Source: a virus (Duplodnaviria > Heunggongvirae > Uroviricota > Caudoviricetes). Taken from it: a DNA stretch of 64,000 nt. Where the stretch lies: the IMG/VR virus record IMGVR_UViG_3300006145_000003, one strand, 5' to 3'. Position numbers and translations under genes: made by a program. The notes under the pieces are model-generated. The model was not told the origin of the DNA. It saw only the letters and a program-made list of their open reading frames with translations, and did not search any database. Positions 57,122 through 64,000 of the stretch are shown piece after piece (position 1 is the stretch's first letter; each line of letters opens with the position of its first letter).

Positions 57122-57937
57122 ATGGTAGAGATAGACTACACCCCTATCATTGACAATATGGTATGGAGCTATTCTCGGATAAAGTCATTTGAAATGTGTC
57201 CATATCGTTTTTACCTAAAGTATATATGGCCGAAGCTTCCTGAGAATTCAGGCAAACGTCTTGAGCCAAAAGATATGTTCTTTTCAAGCTATGGCTCGTT
57301 TGTTCATAAGTTGCTGGAGCACTACTTCAAAAATGAAATGACACAGAGGGAACTTATACGTTCCTATCTGCGTGATTTTAAAACTGAAGTAAAAGCAAGG
57401 GCTCCAAATCCAAAGATATTTAAAAGCTACTTTGATAGCGGGCTACAGTACCTTAAAGAGATTGTGCCATTACCATATGATATGATGGCTGTAGAAAAAG
57501 AAGTGAATTTCAAACTTGATGGAATTCCTTTTGTGGGTTATATAGACTTTTTGGGTAAAAAGAATGGAGAGTTATTTGTTGTTGATAATAAATCCAGAAT
57601 GTTAAAGCCTCGCAGTCAACGACCAAAGCCTACGAAATCAGACATGGAGCTTGATTCGTATCTCAAGCAATTATATATCTATTCATATGCCGTGGAAGAA
57701 GCGTATGGTACGCTCCCAATGGCGCTATGTTTCAATTGCTTTAGAAGTAATACGCTGATAGTGGAGCCGTTTAGCAAAGAAGCGTATTCGAACTCAAAGA
57801 GGTGGCTTATGGATAGCATAGGCGAGATTAGAAAGGAGAAAGAATTCAAACCGGCAATCGAATACTTTCAATGTACACACCTGTGTGAGATGCAGGATGA
57901 TTGCGAATACTTTGATTTGACAAAGAAAAAGAGGTGA
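57122..57937 (+). CDS. PD-(D/E)XK nuclease, Cas4/RecB-like with C-terminal Cys cluster
   Basis: SYSRIKSFEMCPYRFYLKY and QCTHLCEMQDDCEY. Confidence 0.65.
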   Translation: MVEIDYTPIIDNMVWSYSRIKSFEMCPYRFYLKYIWPKLPENSGKRLEPKDMFFSSYGSFVHKLLEHYFKNEMTQRELIRSYLRDFKTEVKARAPNPKIFKSYFDSGLQYLKEIVPLPYDMMAVEKEVNFKLDGIPFVGYIDFLGKKNGELFVVDNKSRMLKPRSQRPKPTKSDMELDSYLKQLYIYSYAVEEAYGTLPMALCFNCFRSNTLIVEPFSKEAYSNSKRWLMDSIGEIRKEKEFKPAIEYFQCTHLCEMQDDCEYFDLTKKKR

Positions 57938-57943
57938 CCATTA

Positions 57944-59278
57944 TTGAGGCCAGAAGATACGATTGCACGAGTGGATAGTGAGGCGGGAATTATAGCAACT
58001 TTGGTACATCATCCTGACTTTGTATATTATTCTGAGGATTTGCTTCCTGGCCACTTTACTAATGAAGATAACCGATACATATATCTGGCGATTTGTAATC
58101 TTGTTAACGACGGGATAACGACAATTGACCCATATAATATCGTTCAGTCATTGAGTTCTTCTGAGGCAACTAAGAGATTTGCAGATGAAATGAGCATTGA
58201 CCAGCTTTATACTCTTATAGAGAATAGCGAGTACATTAGTCGTGGTACTGTTGAGGAATATCAGCAACTCGTCAAAGCGGTAAAAAATGCAGCGTTTCGT
58301 AGGGATACCTATGTCCAGCTTAAAGAGTGTGAGGGTATGTGTCTTAAAGCAAGTCCAGATGATGATATACAGCAGCTAATCTACAAAAAGTTGGACGATG
58401 TCATGACCGAATTTTCTACAGCCGACGACGTTCCACCGTACAAAGATGTAGTAGATAAACATTGGGGCGATATCCAGATGAGACAAGGTGCAGGATACAC
58501 AGGTTTTCCTTTCAAGTTTCCTGCGCTAAATGAGTATGCTACGATAGAAAAAAGTGAGCTATTTATATTCGGTGCCGAGCAGAAGCAAGGAAAGAGTATG
58601 ATGCTGCTAAATTGTGCTGTTGACCTACTTAAACAAGGACTGTCGGTTCTATATCTTGATAGTGAATTGAACACTCGGATGTTCACGGCAAGATTGTTAG
58701 CACACCTAACACAGATAGAATACAAACGTCTAACAGCCGGGAATTACTCTAAGGAAGAGGCTGCACGAATTGATGAAGCAATCAGGTGGATAAAAGAGCA
58801 AAGTTTCACACACATCTATATACCAATGTTTGACCCTCAGACTATTTATACCGCAGTAAAAAAGGTTGAACATCTTCAAGGTTTAGATGTCTTGATTGTG
58901 GATTACTTCAAAGGCAAAGGCGAAGGCGATGCTTTCGATAGTTATCAGGAGCTCGGTAGGTTTGTAGATTTGGTCAAAAATCAGATTTGTGGGAAAATGA
59001 ATATTGCTGGCATAGGGGCCGCACAAGCTACGGCCTCTGGAAAGCTTGCCGACAGCGCCAAGATAGCACGAAATGCTTCCACGATTGCAATGATAACTGA
59101 CAAATCCCCTGAAGAGATAGATATTGACGGAGCAGAGTGCGGAAATAAAAAGCTGCGAGTTATCTATAATCGTAACGGAATGCAAATGGCACAAGACGAA
59201 TATATCGACCTTAGATTTGATGGTAATCATATCTTATACGAACAAGCAAAGCAACATATACCACAATCACCATATTGA
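57944..59278 (+). CDS. dnaB: replicative DNA helicase, DnaB-like (TTG start)
   Basis: Walker A GAEQKQGKSMMLLN, DnaB-like N-terminal domain. Confidence 0.8.
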   Translation: MRPEDTIARVDSEAGIIATLVHHPDFVYYSEDLLPGHFTNEDNRYIYLAICNLVNDGITTIDPYNIVQSLSSSEATKRFADEMSIDQLYTLIENSEYISRGTVEEYQQLVKAVKNAAFRRDTYVQLKECEGMCLKASPDDDIQQLIYKKLDDVMTEFSTADDVPPYKDVVDKHWGDIQMRQGAGYTGFPFKFPALNEYATIEKSELFIFGAEQKQGKSMMLLNCAVDLLKQGLSVLYLDSELNTRMFTARLLAHLTQIEYKRLTAGNYSKEEAARIDEAIRWIKEQSFTHIYIPMFDPQTIYTAVKKVEHLQGLDVLIVDYFKGKGEGDAFDSYQELGRFVDLVKNQICGKMNIAGIGAAQATASGKLADSAKIARNASTIAMITDKSPEEIDIDGAECGNKKLRVIYNRNGMQMAQDEYIDLRFDGNHILYEQAKQHIPQSPY

Positions 59279-59291
59279 TGGAGGACAAGTT

Positions 59292-59567
59292 TTGAGGAAA
59301 TTGCAGAAGAAAACTTTCATTAACATGTCAAAGAGAGCTTCATTTATCCATGAAGGTGACAAGGTTATGCTCAACATCAATCGCATTACTTCGAGAAAAG
59401 ATTATCACCGTATGCAAACCGGTTATAAGAAGTTTATCGAAGAAAGCAAGGGAAAAATCTATACCGCTCATTGTGTTAGGCCCAAAAGCGATGGCTTTTC
59501 TGTATTGATTGAGTTAAAAGAAAAACCCAAATGGCTCTTTGTACAAGATGATTTACTAAAAATTTAA
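59292..59567 (+). CDS. small hypothetical protein (TTG start)
   Basis: RBS ggagg. Confidence 0.4.
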   Translation: MRKLQKKTFINMSKRASFIHEGDKVMLNINRITSRKDYHRMQTGYKKFIEESKGKIYTAHCVRPKSDGFSVLIELKEKPKWLFVQDDLLKI

Positions 59568-59572
59568 AGGAT

Positions 59573-59779
59573 GTGGACAAGGATATGAAAAAGGCGGTTC
59601 TTTTTTATATGGCCGGCATATTGATAACATTTGGCCTTAGCTTTTTAATAAGCGCTGGACTAATATGGGTAGTCTGCTGGGCTTTTGGATTTGCCTGGAG
59701 TTGGAAGCTAGCTTTGGGCCTATGGGTAGTTATGTTACTTGTTTCAAGCGCTGTTAAAGCACATAATAGCCGTACATAA
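59573..59779 (+). CDS. small membrane protein
   Basis: Two hydrophobic helices. Confidence 0.45.
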   Translation: MDKDMKKAVLFYMAGILITFGLSFLISAGLIWVVCWAFGFAWSWKLALGLWVVMLLVSSAVKAHNSRT

Positions 59780-59818
59780 AAATGCGTAAGTCTCTGTAAT
59801 TGTTGGAGGTGAAAGGGC

Positions 59819-60799
59819 TTGGAGTTATCGGAACTAATAGAATCCATTGACATCCTTGAATATATATCACAATACACTGACTTTACGGAAAAAAATGGAG
59901 AGTTCTGGGCTCTTTCACCATTCAAGGATGAAAAAACTCCATCGTTCTCTGTTAGACAAGAGAACAATACTTTTTTTGATTTCTCATCAGGGATTGGTGG
60001 TAATGTTCTTACCTTCATTCGATACTATGACAAGTGCGGCTATAAAGAAGCTATTGAAAAGCTCAAGAAGTACAGCGGAGTAAATGGTAGTATAGTCTCA
60101 CACGGCAGATTGACAACAACAGAAGTGGCGAAAAGGTTTGCCCCACCCAAAAGAACGGTTAAACAGGTGAAAACAACAATTCTTCCAGACGATTATATGA
60201 AAAGATATGAAAAAAACAATGAAAAACTTAAGATTTGGTTGGATGAAGGCATTTCAATGGCTTCTTTGGAAAAATTTAATGTGATGTACGACGGTTTTTC
60301 AAATTGTTTGGTCTATCCGATACGGAATCCAGATGGAAAAATTGTCAATGTGGGTGGTAGAACACTTGACCCAGATTGGAAAGAGAAAAAAATAAGGAAA
60401 TATACATACTTTCACAGCTGGGGTGAGCTGAGAACTCTATATGGGTTAGCGGAAAACAGAGAGCAGGTTGAAAAGGCACGAGAAATTATCCTGTTTGAAG
60501 GGTGTAAGTCGGTTTTACTTGCTGACACATATGGTATTCATAATACAGGGGCCCTACTAACATCTCATTTAAACCCCAATCAGATGAAAATCCTTATAGA
60601 ACTCGGTTGTAGAGTCGTTTTTGCACTCGACAAGGACGTTGTAGTTAGGAATGACTACAACATTAAGCGCTTAAAGCAGTTCGTTAACGTTGAGTATATT
60701 TGGGACAAGGATGATTTATTAGGCGAAAAAGATAGCCCCATAGACAAGGGCAAAGAAGTATGGAATAGACTATATGAAGGGAGGTTATCATGGCGATAA
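59819..60799 (+). CDS. dnaG: DnaG-like DNA primase (TOPRIM) whose zinc-binding cysteines are replaced
   Basis: PFKDEKTPSFSV and FFDFSSGIGGNVLTF align to the primase Zn-ribbon but lack Cys; TOPRIM ILFEGCKS and ALDKD. Confidence 0.75.
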   Translation: MELSELIESIDILEYISQYTDFTEKNGEFWALSPFKDEKTPSFSVRQENNTFFDFSSGIGGNVLTFIRYYDKCGYKEAIEKLKKYSGVNGSIVSHGRLTTTEVAKRFAPPKRTVKQVKTTILPDDYMKRYEKNNEKLKIWLDEGISMASLEKFNVMYDGFSNCLVYPIRNPDGKIVNVGGRTLDPDWKEKKIRKYTYFHSWGELRTLYGLAENREQVEKAREIILFEGCKSVLLADTYGIHNTGALLTSHLNPNQMKILIELGCRVVFALDKDVVVRNDYNIKRLKQFVNVEYIWDKDDLLGEKDSPIDKGKEVWNRLYEGRLSWR

Positions 60800-63700
60800 G
60801 TGGTCAATATGTTAAATTTCACGTTCATAGCGACCTATCGAATGGAGTAACCAATATTGACTCTGTTACAAAATATGGGGATTATATTAAGAAAGCCAAG
60901 GAATGCGGCATGAAAGCATTTGGGTTTTCTGAACATGGGTCGCTATTCGAGTGGTGGCACAAGAAATGTGAAATTGAAGCAGCGGGAATGAAGTATCTAC
61001 ACGCCGTTGAAGCCTACCTCACTGCTAACTTGGATGAAAAGGTACGCGATAATTATCACTGTGTTTTAATTGCAAGGAATTATGAAGGTTTCTTAGAACT
61101 GAACCGCCTCGTTTCAAGGAGTTTTAGTAGAAAAGATAACCATTTCTATTATGTTCCTCGAATTAGTTTTGAGGAGCTGTTTGGAACAACTGACAACATC
61201 ATAATAACCACGGCGTGCATTGGTGGAGTGTTGGGGAAAGCAGATGAACTGGTACAAAGTCAGTTCATCAATTTTTTGCAAAAAAATAAGCACCGCTGTT
61301 TTCTTGAGATAGGCCATCACTTAGATGATAGGCAGGTCGCTTACAACCGCCATCTGCTAGGTATAAGCAATGAGACGGGTATCCCATTGATTGCAGGAAC
61401 TGATACACATGTGTTGAACAGCGAGCATGAAATGGGTCGTAGTATTCTACAGGTGTCCAAAAATATACTCTTTGATGGCGAAGAAAAATGGGATTTAAAG
61501 TTTAAGACATACGACGAGCTTGTTTCATCGTATGTCAAACAGAACTCATTGTCTGAAGATGTTTACATGAATGCTATCGAAAACACAAATGTTATGGCAG
61601 ACATGGTCGAAAGTTTTAAGTTAGATAGAGGTACAAAGTACCCACACATCTATGATGAGCCAGAAAAGACATTCTATGATAAGGTTAACCTCGCAATAGA
61701 ACAGCATCCGTATGCATTGAAGTATCACATGAAGAACGAATTACAACGAGCGGTTGACGAAGAATTTGAGGTATATAAGGCTACCAAGTCTATCGACTTT
61801 ATGCTGTTGCAAACCTATCTTCGGGAGTGGGAAAAGGAAAATGATATACAGTGTGGATACGGAAGGGGTTCTGTGTCGGGCAGCATGATTGCATATCTGC
61901 TGGGGATAACCCAAATGGACAGTTTAAGATATAACCTGAACTTCTTTAGATTTATGAATCCATCGCGGGTTACCAACGCCGACATAGACACGGACTATTC
62001 TGGCAAAGACAGGGATAAGGTTAAACAGTTCCTACTAAGGGACAGAATGAACTTGCCAAACATCAAGTCGGCCGAAATTATAACTTTCAACACGATTGCG
62101 ATGAAAGGTGCTATTCGAGATGTATGCAGGGCACTTTATAAAGACCGAAATGATGTAAACTATATCCAAATATCAAATGCGATATGTAAAGAAGTTGAGC
62201 TGCACGAACAGGAAGTTCGCAAAAAGTATCCTGAAGTATTTAAGTATGTAGACATCGTGAAAGGCACTATAGTTTCCATTGGGACTCATCCAAGCGGAGT
62301 GCTTATCAGTGACTTGCCCATCGACGAGACTGTGGGTTTGTGTAGCGTAGCAACGTCGGACTATCCAGTTTCTATGATAAACATGAAAGAGCTAGATGAT
62401 TTGATGTATGTCAAATTGGATATCCTAGGGCTGGATAATATAGGTGTTATCAATGAGACCTGTAAAATGTTGGGGATAGAACGGCTTACACCAGACAATA
62501 CAGACATGGAAGATATGGACGTCTGGAAGAGTATTCGAGATAACACGACGCTCATATTCCAATGGGAATCTGATAGCGCCCAGCATTACCTCAAACAGTT
62601 TATGTCTGATGCGACAATTGAGATTGCGAAATCAAAGATACCAAACTTTTCAATGCTAAAGTGGATGTCTTTTGGAAATGGGTTGATACGACCTGCGTGC
62701 GCAAGTTTCCGGGATAGCGTTGCTAGAGGTGAATTTTATGATAATGGGTTTGAGGCGCTAAATCAGTTCCTGGCCCCCGAAGGCGGCAGAATAGCTATGC
62801 AAGAGACTGTAATGCAGTTTCTTGTTAAGTTCTGTGGATACTCCGCAGCGGAGTCTGACAATGTCAGGCGGGCCATCGCTAAGAAGAAGGGGACTGAAAA
62901 GTTGCTCCCAGAGATAGAGGAAAGGTTTATATCATACTGTTCAGAGCATTACAGTATGACAACAAAACAATGCGAAAAGGTGATTAAGCCGTTCCTGCAG
63001 ATTATCTTGGACGCATCAGATTATGGGTTTTCTTGGAATCACTCAGATGCGTACTCGTCAATAGGCTACATTTGTGGTTATCTGAGGTACTATTACCCGC
63101 TTGAATTCTTGACAGCGGCTCTCAATATTTTTGGAGACAACACAGATAAGACAGCTGATATCACCAACTACGCCACCAGGGTTGGCATAAAAGTTACATT
63201 GCCAAAATGGGGGTTGTCAAGAGGAGAGTACTTTTTCGACAAGGAGAAGAGAATAATTGCTAAGGGTTTGAGCTCAGTTAAATATATGAGTGCCAATCTT
63301 GCAAATGAGCTATATGAACTTTCCAAGGAAAAGACATACACATCATTTATGGACTTGCTGAAAGACCTAGATGAAAAAAGCTGTATAAACGCAAGGCAAC
63401 TTGATATTCTGATTAAGCTAGACTTCTTCTCCAACTTTGGAAATCAGCGCGAACTCTTTAGAATGGTAAGTATGTTTACTGAAACCTTTAAGCGTGGACA
63501 AGCGAAACAAATAAAAAAGTCTTTAGTTGATGGTACTCCACTAGAACCCATTGTCAAGAGATATGCTGTTGGGGTAACAAAGTCAGGCGGTGAGGCAAAA
63601 AACTATACACTGCTGAGCGTAACGTCTATACTTCGAGAAGTTGAGACAGCTATCAAAAATGCTAATTTGCCAGACCTTGATGATTTGACAAAGGTGCGCA

Positions 63701-63987
63701 ACTTCTATGACGTCATGGGATACATAGGGTACGTATCAGGGAAAGACTCAGACAGACGAAAACTATACATAACAGATATGAAGCCAATTTATAGAAAACG
63801 AGACGGGAAACAGTGTGGATATAGTTTGTTCACCAAGTCCATCGGAAGTGGGAAAGAAAGCAGATTCACAGTCTTCAATGATGTTTACAACAAGGCACCA
63901 GTCAATGTTGGTGATATCATCTATTGTAAGCGTCACGAGAGGGATGGAGTCTACTTCACTCTGAAGGACTATGAAATAATATATTAA
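60790..63987 (+). CDS. dnaE: DNA polymerase III alpha subunit (DnaE-type, PHP domain)
   Basis: N-terminal PHP HVHSDLSNG, 1065 aa. Confidence 0.85.
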   Translation: MAISGQYVKFHVHSDLSNGVTNIDSVTKYGDYIKKAKECGMKAFGFSEHGSLFEWWHKKCEIEAAGMKYLHAVEAYLTANLDEKVRDNYHCVLIARNYEGFLELNRLVSRSFSRKDNHFYYVPRISFEELFGTTDNIIITTACIGGVLGKADELVQSQFINFLQKNKHRCFLEIGHHLDDRQVAYNRHLLGISNETGIPLIAGTDTHVLNSEHEMGRSILQVSKNILFDGEEKWDLKFKTYDELVSSYVKQNSLSEDVYMNAIENTNVMADMVESFKLDRGTKYPHIYDEPEKTFYDKVNLAIEQHPYALKYHMKNELQRAVDEEFEVYKATKSIDFMLLQTYLREWEKENDIQCGYGRGSVSGSMIAYLLGITQMDSLRYNLNFFRFMNPSRVTNADIDTDYSGKDRDKVKQFLLRDRMNLPNIKSAEIITFNTIAMKGAIRDVCRALYKDRNDVNYIQISNAICKEVELHEQEVRKKYPEVFKYVDIVKGTIVSIGTHPSGVLISDLPIDETVGLCSVATSDYPVSMINMKELDDLMYVKLDILGLDNIGVINETCKMLGIERLTPDNTDMEDMDVWKSIRDNTTLIFQWESDSAQHYLKQFMSDATIEIAKSKIPNFSMLKWMSFGNGLIRPACASFRDSVARGEFYDNGFEALNQFLAPEGGRIAMQETVMQFLVKFCGYSAAESDNVRRAIAKKKGTEKLLPEIEERFISYCSEHYSMTTKQCEKVIKPFLQIILDASDYGFSWNHSDAYSSIGYICGYLRYYYPLEFLTAALNIFGDNTDKTADITNYATRVGIKVTLPKWGLSRGEYFFDKEKRIIAKGLSSVKYMSANLANELYELSKEKTYTSFMDLLKDLDEKSCINARQLDILIKLDFFSNFGNQRELFRMVSMFTETFKRGQAKQIKKSLVDGTPLEPIVKRYAVGVTKSGGEAKNYTLLSVTSILREVETAIKNANLPDLDDLTKVRNFYDVMGYIGYVSGKDSDRRKLYITDMKPIYRKRDGKQCGYSLFTKSIGSGKESRFTVFNDVYNKAPVNVGDIIYCKRHERDGVYFTLKDYEIIY

Positions 63988-64000
63988 GATTGGAGAGATG

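Overview
The window reads as part of a large, AT-rich (about 42% GC) double-stranded DNA phage or prophage genome, densely coded almost entirely on the + strand. All feature calls below are manual readings of the sequence. No searches were run.

- **Replication and recombination:** a DnaE-type Pol III alpha, a DnaB-like helicase, a DnaG-like primase lacking the usual Zn cysteines, an ERF annealing protein, SSB, a Cas4-like nuclease, an ATP-dependent ligase and HU.
- **tRNA genes and repair:** 8 tRNA genes (Glu, Leu-TAA, Ser, Pro, Met, Leu-TAG, Gly, Gln) plus one degenerate tRNA-like element, together with a Thg1-like 3'-5' polymerase, RtcB RNA ligase, a CCA-adding enzyme and a second nucleotidyltransferase.
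- **NAD and ADP-ribose metabolism:** nicotinamidase, PRPP synthetase, Nampt, a NAD synthetase interrupted by a frameshift, a NADAR domain protein and a Macro domain protein.
- **Lysogeny and accessory genes:** a serine recombinase and a tyrosine integrase next to a candidate attP-like inverted repeat, a solo MazF-like toxin behind a strong sigma70 promoter, an HNH-AP2 endonuclease, an SPFH protein, and a GC-rich insertion carrying a MarR-like regulator.

The most unusual loci are:
- a Ubl / E2-like / JAB / E1 operon (10.4-14.0 kb) in the same gene order as bacterial Bil ubiquitin-like conjugation systems, with a tRNA-Leu embedded in it;
- immediately downstream, a retron-type reverse transcriptase preceded by a putative msr/msd non-coding region bounded by a1/a2 inverted repeats and flanked by A/C-skewed sequence;
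- a cassette of three paralogous proteins sharing an N-terminal GVFETNSSSTHSI motif, followed by a radical SAM enzyme and a methyltransferase-like protein (37.0-39.5 kb);
- two homopolymer frameshifts (C5 in nadE, G7 in a PP-loop ATPase);
- two repeated intergenic motif families.
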